DNA of 27,297 nucleotides. Origin: a virus. Lineage: Duplodnaviria; Caudoviricetes. The notes beneath the pieces were generated by a model that saw only the letters and a list, made by a program, of their open reading frames with translations, was not told the DNA's origin and searched no databases. The position numbers and the translations under genes were made by a program. This document shows, one piece after another, positions 1-8,859 of this stretch. Where the stretch lies: the IMG/VR virus record IMGVR_UViG_3300042393_000404, positions 1 to 27,297 of that record. One strand, given 5' to 3'. How positions within the stretch are numbered: position 1 is the first letter of the stretch; each line of letters opens with the position of its first letter.

Positions 1-71
1 GCACGAATACTATCCCAAAGTCCCTTTTGAGAAGAACTTCCATCTTTTCTTTTTAACATCTGTTTTGCCAT
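1..71 (-). CDS. Small basic phage protein, N-terminal part (runs off left edge)
   Basis: Minus-strand ATG at 71 reads MAKQMLKRKDGSSSQKGLWDSIR... and stays open to the edge; lies downstream of a TAnnTTTG motif. Confidence 0.6.
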   Translation of the reverse strand, partial: MAKQMLKRKDGSSSQKGLWDSIR

Positions 72-137
72 AATATCATTTTTTACACCAGCCGTATTTA
101 CTTTGCTTTTGCTTTATTTGTATGCTTTTTCAATTAA

Positions 138-145
138 CAAAGATA
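138..145 (-). promoter_or_regulatory. Bacteroidota -7 promoter element (TATCTTTG)
   Basis: CAAAGATA on + strand, intergenic, matches TAnnTTTG. Confidence 0.5.
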
Positions 146-163
146 CTGTTTTTTGTTAATTGA

Positions 164-601
164 TTATTCGCTGATTTGCTTTTTGATATTTTTTGCTTTT
201 AAAATATAACTAGTAATTTTTTGCAAAAATGACCAACCTTTAACTTTTACAAATGACTCATCCATGCTCTTTACTTCGATGGATATTAACACTAATGCAA
301 GTAATTTTGTACTTAAAAAATCAACACTAAGTACTAATTTCATTAATTCATTTATGATAAAATAATCTGCTGTATATGCTAACATTACTGCAGTTACATA
401 ACTTAAAACTTTAGGAACAAATCCGTGTCTCCATATTTTTGATGTTATTTTTTGTTTAAGATGTTTAGCTTTCCAAAAACCAAACCCAGTATCTAAAACA
501 GTCGATAGAGCAACTAGTACTATTATCCCCTTAATTGGAGCAAAAAAAACAATAATAACTTTTAATAAAGAAACCAAAAAAGGAGAGATAGCATTTTTCA
601 T
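164..601 (-). CDS. Phage holin (holin_4_1-like)
   Basis: 145 aa, about 3 hydrophobic segments, LDT.FG..KA, ITS..R.G...K and IE.KSMDE motifs, basic C-terminus. Confidence 0.75.
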   Translation of the reverse strand: MKNAISPFLVSLLKVIIVFFAPIKGIIVLVALSTVLDTGFGFWKAKHLKQKITSKIWRHGFVPKVLSYVTAVMLAYTADYFIINELMKLVLSVDFLSTKLLALVLISIEVKSMDESFVKVKGWSFLQKITSYILKAKNIKKQISE

Positions 602-1029
602 CAGAGTATATATTTTCGTATTAAACGGTATAAGATATATAGTACTATTACTATAAATATCAACACAACGATAAAATTAACTATTTTTTTCCATATAGGA
701 GTCTTTTCATAAATCTTTACAGGAACTTTTTTTGTTATTATTCTATTGATAGTCACTGTGTCACACTTTCCTTGTATGTAAACCTTTTCACCTTTCAACC
801 AAACCTTAACCTTTAATTGTTCTTTCTCTAAATAAATAGTATCAACTAATCTCTGTCTGTCAACTATTGTATCTACATGAACCTCAGGCACAGTGACTCT
901 AATAGTGTCACGAACAACGATATACTGAGTGGTTAATAACTCTGGGTGCTTTGTAATCAAACGCTCAAATCTACGTTGGGCTGTACAGCTACATAGAATT
1001 AATAATGTGGATATGATTAATGTTTTCAT
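601..1029 (-). CDS. Lipoprotein with C-terminal TM helix; probable unimolecular spanin
   Basis: Signal peptide with lipobox LCS-C, beta-rich middle (DTIRV, DTIV, DTIY), C-terminal TM followed by basic tail, adjacent to holin. Confidence 0.6.
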   Translation of the reverse strand: MKTLIISTLLILCSCTAQRRFERLITKHPELLTTQYIVVRDTIRVTVPEVHVDTIVDRQRLVDTIYLEKEQLKVKVWLKGEKVYIQGKCDTVTINRIITKKVPVKIYEKTPIWKKIVNFIVVLIFIVIVLYILYRLIRKYIL

Positions 1030-1040
1030 ATTGTAAGTTT

Positions 1041-1214
1041 TTAAAATTGATTTTCTTCAGGTATTTCTTGTTTGTACTCTTTCAGTCTTAAAATAAGCTC
1101 TTCTACAGTATTAAAATACTCTAAGTATGGTTGACCTGTTCCAACTACCATTTCTTCCTCAAGTTTTCCTGAGTGAAAAATATCTATTCCGTTATGTGCT
1201 AAAAAATATCTCAT
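1041..1214 (-). CDS. Small hypothetical protein coupled to the adhesin gene
   Basis: Likely start MRYFLAHNG at 1214, ATGA overlap with the upstream stop. Confidence 0.55.
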   Translation of the reverse strand: MRYFLAHNGIDIFHSGKLEEEMVVGTGQPYLEYFNTVEELILRLKEYKQEIPEENQF

Positions 1215-2488
1215 ATTCCTCCGTCTTGTATTGACCAACCATTTCCAACTGTTAATATAGTGTATGCAGGTAATGATGCAACAGTTCTTTTAATTGTTCC
1301 AAAATTAATAAATATACCTGGTTGTACAGGTCTTGATGCCCAACCAATAAGTAAAGCATCGTAATTAGCAGTTGAATAATTAGCAAGTGTTTTTTGTGAC
1401 ATAAAGTTAGTAAAGTTAGTCACATTTCTAATATCCCAATTTCCAATATTTTGATTAAAATTAGTTGCTTGTCTAAACATTTGTAACATATCAGTTGCAG
1501 TTAATACATTCCAACTATTAAGAGGTTGGTTAAATTGAGTTGCTCCATAAAACATCTCTCTAAATGTAGTTACACTTCCTACATTCCAATTATTTAAAGG
1601 TTGATTAAATACTGTATTAAAATTAAACATTTGAGTCATATTTGTAACATTGCTTAAGCTAGATATGTCTGGTGTAGTTCTTTCCCAGTTTGCTAATGGT
1701 TGATCAAATAAACTGGCACCTCTAAACATTAGATTCATATTAATAACATTTCTAACATTCCAAGAGCTAATATTTTGATTAAAAAGACTTGCATTTTGAA
1801 ACATTGCAAACATAGTTGTTACATTTCTAACATCCCAGCTTTCTAAGTTTTGATTAAAAGATGAAGCTCCATTAAAAACTGATTGCATAACGGTAACTTG
1901 ACTCACATTCCATCCACCAATGTTTCCATTGAAATTAGGGCAGAAAGCAAAACAAGAAAATAAATTTGTTACATTAGACATATCCCATTCATCAACTCTA
2001 TTAATAGTTGTTAAAGATGTGCAATTTCTAAACATATTAGTAAAATTTCTTGTCTGTTGGTCTAACGGCAATCCTGGAGCGTTAACTTGTAAAACATCAT
2101 TAACTACTGAAAGATTTAGATTTGTACAACCAAAAAACTGACTAGCTCCTTGACCTAAATTAAATTGACTCCCCCATTGAAAAATTGTATATATTTTTGT
2201 TCTATCTCCTGAATTGTCGAATCTAAAGCCTCTAATGCTACCATTAATAGTTATTTCATAATAACCTGCTGTTGCATAAGTATGAGTTCTATTTTCGTAA
2301 CTATTTATAGACTGTGTACCATCTCCCCAATCAATAAGACCAGTGTAAGTACCAGTTGTTGTATATGGCAATGTAACAGTCTCATTAGGTTCAGTAGTTC
2401 TCCATTCAGATATATGAGGAGTAGTCACGACATTTCCTCCTGAGCCCTTACCTCCTAATGTATTAGCTATAGATATCTGTAATGACAT
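1211..2488 (-). CDS. BspA-type LRR (DUF285) protein with N-terminal PKD-like domain; probable virion head fibre/adhesin
   Basis: IDWGDG...HTY PKD motif; about 8 repeats of ~25 aa resembling FNQxLxxWdVxnVtxMxxMFxxA; short N-terminal anchor MSLQISIANTLGG. Confidence 0.85.
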   Translation of the reverse strand: MSLQISIANTLGGKGSGGNVVTTPHISEWRTTEPNETVTLPYTTTGTYTGLIDWGDGTQSINSYENRTHTYATAGYYEITINGSIRGFRFDNSGDRTKIYTIFQWGSQFNLGQGASQFFGCTNLNLSVVNDVLQVNAPGLPLDQQTRNFTNMFRNCTSLTTINRVDEWDMSNVTNLFSCFAFCPNFNGNIGGWNVSQVTVMQSVFNGASSFNQNLESWDVRNVTTMFAMFQNASLFNQNISSWNVRNVINMNLMFRGASLFDQPLANWERTTPDISSLSNVTNMTQMFNFNTVFNQPLNNWNVGSVTTFREMFYGATQFNQPLNSWNVLTATDMLQMFRQATNFNQNIGNWDIRNVTNFTNFMSQKTLANYSTANYDALLIGWASRPVQPGIFINFGTIKRTVASLPAYTILTVGNGWSIQDGGI

Positions 2489-2489
2489 A

Positions 2490-2753
2490 TTACCAAAGTG
2501 CTACAATGCCAGTGGCATTAGTGTTTGTTGCAAAAACCCTTACTACATTCACGGGTATAAATGCTCCATTTTGAACATTTAAAAAAATGACATCATCTCC
2601 ACCAGCTGTCATTACTCTCAGATTGCCCCCTACTCCAACGTATAAAACACAAGGAATAACCTTTTCAGGTTGAGAACCAACAAAATAAATATCTGTCGTG
2701 TCACTTGGCACTACTGCTTGTGCTCTTCCTGCTTGTAATTTTAAATTGCTCAT
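2490..2753 (-). CDS. Head spike base protein (RcGTA Rcc01079-like)
   Basis: AVVPSDT...LYVGVGGNLRV.TAGGD.V.F.NV..G...PV.V.RV.AT.T.A..IVALW pattern. Confidence 0.75.
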   Translation of the reverse strand: MSNLKLQAGRAQAVVPSDTTDIYFVGSQPEKVIPCVLYVGVGGNLRVMTAGGDDVIFLNVQNGAFIPVNVVRVFATNTNATGIVALW

Positions 2754-2759
2754 ATCTTT

Positions 2760-3020
2760 TTATTTTTTAGTACTCTTTCCATTTGCACCATTTCGTGCTC
2801 TATTTTTTGATGGCGACTCAGCGACCATTGTTCCTTTCTTTGTGTGCGACATATCTGGACCACCCTTGCCGTAAATACCTCTTTTTCGTCTTTCAGTATT
2901 TAATTCAGAACGATATTCCGACTGTCCTGGCTTTTTATTGTAATCACGCTGATATGTCCTTTTTTTAGCCGCTGCTTCAGGATTCTCTGCATAATACTTA
3001 GACGATTCACTCTTGCCCAT
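2760..3020 (-). CDS. Small basic phage protein
   Basis: 86 aa K/R-rich ORF overlapping the upstream gene; DMSH...SKNRARN may be a degenerate HNH-like motif. Confidence 0.7.
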   Translation of the reverse strand: MGKSESSKYYAENPEAAAKKRTYQRDYNKKPGQSEYRSELNTERRKRGIYGKGGPDMSHTKKGTMVAESPSKNRARNGANGKSTKK

Positions 3021-3204
3021 AGAATATTTTATTTATCAACAAGTCAGGATTATTTAGATTCTCTTTTCGTTTACCACATCCACAGTCTTCTATTCCAGCT
3101 GCATTTGTAATTGCATTTACAACCTTATCAATTTTAGCAACTTTAATAGCTGCCTCGATACTGTCGCCAATGCCCTTATGAGCTTTTAATATCCTGATTT
3201 GCAT
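3007..3204 (-). CDS. Small phage protein with CGC motif
   Basis: KGIGDSIE...DCGCGKRKE.LN; start moved to ATG 3204 because the track start overlaps a promoter motif. Confidence 0.7.
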   Translation of the reverse strand: MQIRILKAHKGIGDSIEAAIKVAKIDKVVNAITNAAGIEDCGCGKRKENLNNPDLLINKIFYGQE

Positions 3205-3212
3205 ATTAAGCA

Positions 3213-3220
3213 CAAATATA
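3213..3220 (-). promoter_or_regulatory. -7 promoter element (TATATTTG)
   Basis: CAAATATA on + strand in a divergent intergenic gap. Confidence 0.55.
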
Positions 3221-3249
3221 GTAATTTTGAATTAAATAAATAAAATAAA

Positions 3250-3756
3250 ATGGGCAAACCAAAAAAAGTTGTTAAAAAATTAATTAGGACGTACATACGC
3301 AGAGAGCCTAAATACGACTATCTAAAATATCATAAAATTGTCATGCGATGGGCAACTATGAAGTACGGTGTGTCTCAGCAAGATTTAGATATGCTATTCT
3401 TTCTTTATTCCGAAGGTCTTTTCTTTTATAGCGATTTTCAAAAATACGCCAATATATTCGGATGGGAGCCTGGTCGTTTTACAAGAATGAAGAAGGAAGG
3501 ATATATTCACGCATGGTATAAAGGCTGGTCAAGAAATGGAGACTATCCTCAATATGAAGTTACTAGAAACACTAGACTTATGATTACAAAAATATATAAG
3601 GTAATGAATGGTGAAGAAGAGTTAGCTGAAATGCCTAGGAATAATCCTATTTTTAAACGTGAGCGATATACAGATAAAGTTACTGCTATGTCAATCAAAG
3701 ACATGAACAAGAAAATCAGAGAGAACAAAATAAAAAGAGAAAACCCAGACTTATAA
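3250..3756 (+). CDS. Basic protein, possible winged-helix regulator
   Basis: Only + strand gene in the left arm; LDMLFFLY...RF.RMKKEGYI..W...YEVT pattern is wHTH-like (inference). Confidence 0.6.
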   Translation: MGKPKKVVKKLIRTYIRREPKYDYLKYHKIVMRWATMKYGVSQQDLDMLFFLYSEGLFFYSDFQKYANIFGWEPGRFTRMKKEGYIHAWYKGWSRNGDYPQYEVTRNTRLMITKIYKVMNGEEELAEMPRNNPIFKRERYTDKVTAMSIKDMNKKIRENKIKRENPDL

Positions 3757-3771
3757 TCTGGGTTTCTTTTT
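3741..3771. terminator. Bidirectional intrinsic terminator
   Basis: AAACCCAGA-cttataa-TCTGGGTTT plus T-run between convergent genes. Confidence 0.7.
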
Positions 3772-3925
3772 ACTTCTTTCTTCTACCGAACATTAACATC
3801 TTTGGTGTTACTGTTCTCATCTTAGACATCATGTCTTCTTTTTTCTCGTGACCTTTGCTTTCTTTAGCTTCGTGAGATTTCATTGACCCCTTAGATGTAG
3901 AACATCCACATTCTTCCTTTATCAT
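3770..3925 (-). CDS. 51-aa small basic protein (not in ORF track)
   Basis: MIKEECGCSTSKGSMKSHEAKESKGHEKKEDMMSKMRTVTPKMLMFGRRKK; preceded by AAAGTT-ATG; ends at the terminator. Confidence 0.6.
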   Translation of the reverse strand: MIKEECGCSTSKGSMKSHEAKESKGHEKKEDMMSKMRTVTPKMLMFGRRKK

Positions 3926-3958
3926 AACTTTTTTGTCCCAAAAATAGCACGTTTTGTA

Positions 3959-4039
3959 TTATGAATTTTGCTCACCGCAGTTTAAACATTTACACCCATC
4001 TTTGTCCCAATAGATATAACTCAAATCACATTCGCACAT
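3959..4039 (-). CDS. 26-aa Cys-rich peptide (not in ORF track)
   Basis: MCECDLSYIYWDKDGCKCLNCGEQNS; A-rich start region right after groES. Confidence 0.35.
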   Translation of the reverse strand: MCECDLSYIYWDKDGCKCLNCGEQNS

Positions 4040-4058
4040 ATTATTTATTTTTAATTAA

Positions 4059-4319
4059 TTATAATACTACCACTACGTCACGCTCTTGAATGACAGTGTA
4101 CATCGTTCCATCAATCATCACCTCATGTGAGTTTGCCTGGTCGAACATAATCTTGTCGCCTTCTTTAACAAATTCAACCAAATTACCAACTGCCTCACAA
4201 ACTACACCGTTCTGATATCTGTTTTTATTAACATCATCTCCAGTCAAAATAAGACCCGAGGAGCTTTTCTTCTCCTCGACAGTCTTATTAACCAACAAAA
4301 ATTTATTTACTGCTTTCAT
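4059..4319 (-). CDS. groES: Co-chaperonin GroES
   Basis: Mobile loop EEKKSSSGLIL, AVG...VKEGDKI, I.ERDVV; adjacent to groEL. Confidence 0.92.
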   Translation of the reverse strand: MKAVNKFLLVNKTVEEKKSSSGLILTGDDVNKNRYQNGVVCEAVGNLVEFVKEGDKIMFDQANSHEVMIDGTMYTVIQERDVVVVL

Positions 4320-5892
4320 CTCTCATATTTGTTACTATTGCCTCAGTACTTACGATTGTTGTAGCTACCGACACAGCGTTAATTAATGCACTCTTAGTTA
4401 CTTTTGTTGGGTCTACTACACCTAACTTCATCAAATCTCCAAACACTCTGTTCTTAGCATCATAGCCAAAGAACAAATCGTGCTTATCAAGTATCGTCTG
4501 ACCAATTACTTTTGGGTCCTCACCTGCGTTTAACATAATTTGAGTAAATGGTACAATCAAAGCACTAGTCAAAATACTAACAGCCGCCATGAAGTTCTCC
4601 GTTCTATCAATATATTTGTGAGATATTTCATCAGCACAGTTTGCCAATGCAATTCCACCACCAGGCAAAATACCATCTTCAACCGCTGCCGCTACTGCTC
4701 TTACCGCATCGTCCACTCGGTCGTACTTTTCTTTCTGCTCGATGTCCGAGTTACCACCAACATAGATAATACCTACGCCTTTACTGATACTTGCAACTCT
4801 TTCGTTTAAGAATTTTTTATCTGTTGCTTCCATGCTTTCGTCCGCCATTGATTTCAAGTCAACTAAATGTTTCTCAATCGCCTCGTCTGTATTATCATTA
4901 CGCATAATAATTGTTGACTCTTTACTCACGATTACTTTTGCTGCCTGACCTAAATCAAGTGGAGTCAATGTGTATAAGTTATCACCAATAGACTCAGAGA
5001 TATATTTTGCTCCTAGAGCTATCGACAAGTCAAACATTAAGTCCTTCTGTCTGTACCCAAATGATGGAGGGATAATATGACAAGCCTTAATAACTTTTCT
5101 TGCGACATTCATATTTAATGTGTTCAACGCATTAGGAGATAAATTACCAATAATTAACAATGGCTTTTGTTCTCTAATAACGTGAGCTAATGTTTCCTCA
5201 AGTAATGTCAAGTTGTTAATCTCAATGTCAGTCAATAAGATATATGGATTCTCGAACACGCACTCTTCAGTTTTTTCGTTATTAACGAAATACTTACTTG
5301 TCCAACCTCTATCAATTCGCATACCTGAGATAATCTCATTGTATGTTGACGCATTAGCAGAGTTCTCTACTGTCACCAGGTCAACTTTCTTAAAAGTGTC
5401 AGCGATAAGTTTACCTAGCTCTTTATCGTTGTTGGCTGAAATTGTAGCTACATCAACCAAAGTACGCTTAGACACCTTCTTTGACATCGAATCAAGCGCT
5501 TTAACAATATCATCAGTAATTGTGTTTACCGCACGAATAACTTCTGTCTTGTTTAGCTTATTAAAGTCAAGCTCTTGGAATGCGTCAATTATCGCCTCCG
5601 TTAATACGATGCTAGTACTTGTACCGTCTCCTGCTGCAATAGCCGTCTGGTCTGCTGCTTGCTTCATCAACTGAACAGCCAAGTTCTCAATAGGGTCAAA
5701 CAGATTGATTGAACGAGCAATAGTTACTCCGTCCTTTGTCACCGTCAGTCCTTTTGTATGATTTTCAGACTCTAATAACACCGTCTGTCCTGATGGACCT
5801 AATGTTGATTTGACTGCTCCTGCAATCTTCTTAATGCCAGCTCTTAATTTCGCCTGACCTTCATCTTTTAAGAATACTTCTTTTACTATCAT
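4303..5892 (-). CDS. groEL: Chaperonin GroEL (phage type)
   Basis: STLGP.G, VTKDGVT, AGDGTSTS, ATISANND, GMRIDRGW, E.KEK.DRVDDA, GILPGGG, VVDPTKVTKSAL. Confidence 0.97.
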   Translation of the reverse strand: MIVKEVFLKDEGQAKLRAGIKKIAGAVKSTLGPSGQTVLLESENHTKGLTVTKDGVTIARSINLFDPIENLAVQLMKQAADQTAIAAGDGTSTSIVLTEAIIDAFQELDFNKLNKTEVIRAVNTITDDIVKALDSMSKKVSKRTLVDVATISANNDKELGKLIADTFKKVDLVTVENSANASTYNEIISGMRIDRGWTSKYFVNNEKTEECVFENPYILLTDIEINNLTLLEETLAHVIREQKPLLIIGNLSPNALNTLNMNVARKVIKACHIIPPSFGYRQKDLMFDLSIALGAKYISESIGDNLYTLTPLDLGQAAKVIVSKESTIIMRNDNTDEAIEKHLVDLKSMADESMEATDKKFLNERVASISKGVGIIYVGGNSDIEQKEKYDRVDDAVRAVAAAVEDGILPGGGIALANCADEISHKYIDRTENFMAAVSILTSALIVPFTQIMLNAGEDPKVIGQTILDKHDLFFGYDAKNRVFGDLMKLGVVDPTKVTKSALINAVSVATTIVSTEAIVTNMRDESSK

Positions 5893-5915
5893 TTTTGTTT
5901 TTATTTATTTAAAGT

Positions 5916-5963
5916 TATTGCCTTAATTATTTATTTATTTTTAAGGGTATTGCCTTAATTATT
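5916..5963. repeat. 16-bp direct repeat TATTGCCTTAATTATT upstream of groEL
   Basis: Exact copies at 5916-5931 and 5948-5963. Confidence 0.8.
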
Positions 5964-6363
5964 CTTTTATTTTTAATTCTTCCCCAGTTAACGCAAAATA
6001 TAAATTCTGAAGAGAATGTACGTGCTTACAGTTATCCCAATTTGGCAGAAATCCTAACTCATCTTTGCTAGATTCTTTTGAACCAAATAAAGCACAAGAG
6101 AAATCATCTGAATAACTAATTAAACCAACTCCTTTTATGTCCAACTCGTAATCATTGCCATATCCAGTTTCGTCAGATTCATAGATAACTTTTTCAAAAC
6201 CAAATTTTATAAGCCATTCTTCTGTGAGTGGGATAGGTTTAAATGAATCAGGAGATATTTCGCATTGTATTATTGTACCTGCCTTGACTGTTATTTGTTC
6301 CCAGTCGTCTATTGTTGGTTCGTGCATAACGTAATTTCCCATGCGGAGTGCTCTTGCTTTCAT
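5959..6363 (-). CDS. Phage hypothetical protein (PIPLTEEWL/LQNLYFALTGEEL family)
   Basis: Shares motifs with 22301..22660. Confidence 0.85.
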   Translation of the reverse strand: MKARALRMGNYVMHEPTIDDWEQITVKAGTIIQCEISPDSFKPIPLTEEWLIKFGFEKVIYESDETGYGNDYELDIKGVGLISYSDDFSCALFGSKESSKDELGFLPNWDNCKHVHSLQNLYFALTGEELKIKE

Positions 6364-6364
6364 C

Positions 6365-7567
6365 TTAAAATAAGTTTATAATAAAAATAAGACTAAAAAT
6401 ATGTGTAATTCGGCAGATTTGCCCGTGCAGCTTAGAGTGTATAAATCCCTCAATAGCTTTAGGTGCGTGTTGATATCCGTTTCTGTGATGCCAAGAGTCA
6501 GCAGATGATGGACTGCGTAATGTCTCAACACAAACCCCTAAGTAATCTTTACTAACCTTGTGATGCAGGTGATGCGTATAAATGTACTTATGTTTACATC
6601 TCGACCACCCTGACGGAAACTCTGTCGCTAACAACAATGGCAAGTCTTGACTTTTTGCTCCGTCACCATGCGTTGAACCAATTAAATTATTATGATACTC
6701 AAATGCCTTACGATGTCTTAAATCAACATCAAAAGTAATGTTTGGACAATTTCTAAAATGAGCGTGTATTACTTGTACCAAAAAGAACCCACTCATGTAG
6801 TCATGGTTAGACGGGTTGAAAGTAAAATGAACGTCAGCATAAGAAAGTAATATTTCTAACATATCAATATACATCTGTCTAGCGTGCATAAAATTATCAT
6901 GCCACATACCATCAGTGTCCTGCGGAGTAAGAGATGTCGTACTTCTTTTAGGATTATCAATATGCAAAACATCATTCCCTCCAATAAATAATATCTTATC
7001 AAACTTATAAGAAGATGCTTTCTGTAAAATACCTTTAACCCCGTCTATTGCTCTTTGAACAGCTATCTGCTGATTATATTCTTCACCAGTCTCAAATGCA
7101 CTAGATAGCTTACCTACATGAATATCAGCTGGGTCTATCACTAAAAGAAACTCCTCATCGGATTTTTCACGCTTAATCTTCTTAAAGTTCGGAGAGTAAT
7201 CTTGCATGGCTTTAATCACGTCCGCCTGAAGCTTGTCTAAGTTTACTGACGAATGGTCAACAAAATTAGGATTCTTAATAAACGTACTGACAGATGTTCC
7301 GTCCTCTAGCTTCTTCTTAATCCACATATGCTTAGCATCGTTCGGTGATACATCTACAGCTGCCGATGTTCTGTAAATCCCCTCGTGCTCATCTTTAATC
7401 GTACTAAGATATCTATCGAAATACTTACGTAATGAATCAACCTCTTTCTCAGAATACTTGTAGTCCTTAAAAGCTAACTTAATTAAATCCTTCCGTCCTA
7501 ATGTTGGATTGTTATTTAATGCAGCAATAATTAAATCGTAACCTACTTTATACTTTCCTGTGTACAT
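6365..7567 (-). CDS. Calcineurin-like metallophosphoesterase
   Basis: DIHVG, GGND, SNHD, HGD and HHLHH motifs. Confidence 0.85.
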   Translation of the reverse strand: MYTGKYKVGYDLIIAALNNNPTLGRKDLIKLAFKDYKYSEKEVDSLRKYFDRYLSTIKDEHEGIYRTSAAVDVSPNDAKHMWIKKKLEDGTSVSTFIKNPNFVDHSSVNLDKLQADVIKAMQDYSPNFKKIKREKSDEEFLLVIDPADIHVGKLSSAFETGEEYNQQIAVQRAIDGVKGILQKASSYKFDKILFIGGNDVLHIDNPKRSTTSLTPQDTDGMWHDNFMHARQMYIDMLEILLSYADVHFTFNPSNHDYMSGFFLVQVIHAHFRNCPNITFDVDLRHRKAFEYHNNLIGSTHGDGAKSQDLPLLLATEFPSGWSRCKHKYIYTHHLHHKVSKDYLGVCVETLRSPSSADSWHHRNGYQHAPKAIEGFIHSKLHGQICRITHIFSLIFIINLF

Positions 7568-7584
7568 TTAATTAGTTTTTTTGT

Positions 7585-7614
7585 CAAAAATAACAATAAA
7601 ATGTATATAAACAA
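7585..7614 (-). promoter_or_regulatory. Probable promoter (TTG-N19-TATTTTTG)
   Basis: CAAAAATA at 7585-7592 and CAA at 7612-7614 on + strand. Confidence 0.45.
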
Positions 7615-7615
7615 C

Positions 7616-7643
7616 AAAAAGCACCCCGAAAAGTGCTTTTTTT
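7616..7643. terminator. Intrinsic terminator
   Basis: AAAAAGCAC-cccgaaaa-GTGCTTTTTTT downstream of the 7669..8484 gene. Confidence 0.6.
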
Positions 7644-7668
7644 ATTAAAATATGTTTGTTTTTATCTA

Positions 7669-8484
7669 TTAATATGCTTGACATTTAAAGTTTACAAATA
7701 AAATTTCACCAATTGCAATAAAGGTTATATCATTAGAAGAAACACAAACAGTATTATTATCTACAGAAACATTACATTGATTAGCTCCTCTTATTGAACC
7801 AGTACCTATCGCACCAGTAATACTATCAATTGGTAATGTAAAATTAAATGTACCAGTATCTGTTGTTGAAAAATCAACATCAATAGTTGCAGAAATAGAA
7901 ACATCTAAAATGCCATTGTTAATATTGTAATTCGCTTTTATTAAAGTTACTCCTTCAACTGCTCCACTTTCTCCGTCTAATACTGGGAGATACCCTCCAC
8001 CCATCGGAAACCATATAGCACTATCTGTTGTTGCGTCTGTACAAACATAAGTAACGCCAGTGTTCAAAACAGTATAACGTGAACCAACAGCGAATCCTAT
8101 TGTTTCATCAAATGAGTTGTCAGGAATATCGTCAATATTTAAAGAATTACAATGCACAACAGGTTGAATCTCTCCATTATTAATATAATAATACTCACGA
8201 CCGTCTGCCCATTGAATCATTTTCTCATTTGTACAAACAAGCTCAAGACCTCTTATTCCAAGAAATCTTGCAGCACCTTGACGAATAGTCGAAAAATTAT
8301 CAAATCCACCAGTGTCAGATACTTGTTGAAAGGTTTGACTGCCACCTGTAGAGCCTACAGTGTCGATAATATCTTGCATAGTTACGACCTCCTGAGCAGC
8401 GTTGTTTTGAGCGGACTTGCGCTCAGCCGTTGGGAAGTCTGGGTTAATACCCACAAATTTTGTTGAAGAGTCAATTATTGGCAT
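7669..8484 (-). CDS. Probable virion structural (fibre/decoration) protein
   Basis: Acidic, G/T/S-rich, beta-like; QTFQQV and GSRY...YVCTDAT..SAIW segments resemble phage fibre proteins (inference). Confidence 0.55.
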   Translation of the reverse strand: MPIIDSSTKFVGINPDFPTAERKSAQNNAAQEVVTMQDIIDTVGSTGGSQTFQQVSDTGGFDNFSTIRQGAARFLGIRGLELVCTNEKMIQWADGREYYYINNGEIQPVVHCNSLNIDDIPDNSFDETIGFAVGSRYTVLNTGVTYVCTDATTDSAIWFPMGGGYLPVLDGESGAVEGVTLIKANYNINNGILDVSISATIDVDFSTTDTGTFNFTLPIDSITGAIGTGSIRGANQCNVSVDNNTVCVSSNDITFIAIGEILFVNFKCQAY

Positions 8485-8508
8485 AATATTTTTTTTTCTG
8501 TAAAGTTA

Positions 8509-8859
8509 CTAAATATATTGATTACCTGCCAACAGATTAAATGCGTTCTGAAATGTATGCACCTCGTCAGTATGGAACGTAAAGCAAAACATCTCATCGC
8601 ACTCCATGCCAAACGAAAAAGTCCTTCCGTGAACATAAACATCAAAACCAATCAAATTCTCGTGCGACCATCTGTCATAATCATAGTCAAGATTAAATCC
8701 AAAGTCATAGAGCCTCTTCTCGTCCATTTTAACAGCACTAAAGCTATTGGTTGATATATCTATCCCGTTTATTGAATTGGCGTCAATAGACTCAACGTGA
8801 TGCTCGATACCATTAATATTGATAATGTTAAATCTCTGGATGTTGTTTATTGATATCAT
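8509..8859 (-). CDS. Hypothetical protein; divergent member of the LQNLYFALTG family
   Basis: VKMDEKRLYDFGF...VHTFQNAFNLLAG; probable start at ATG 8859. Confidence 0.65.
   Translation of the reverse strand: MISINNIQRFNIININGIEHHVESIDANSINGIDISTNSFSAVKMDEKRLYDFGFNLDYDYDRWSHENLIGFDVYVHGRTFSFGMECDEMFCFTFHTDEVHTFQNAFNLLAGNQYI

Noticed and set aside
1211-2488. Diversity-generating retroelement target
   Set aside because: No reverse transcriptase or adenine-variant template repeat seen; the repeats are ordinary LRR units
4540-5674. + strand ORFs 4540..4809 and 5213..5674 (also 1920, 2783, 8152, 8518)
   Set aside because: Antisense shadows of well-supported minus-strand genes, with no motifs
5893-5963. 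CIRCE operator upstream of groEL
   Set aside because: No TTAGCACTC-N9-GAGTGCTAA match
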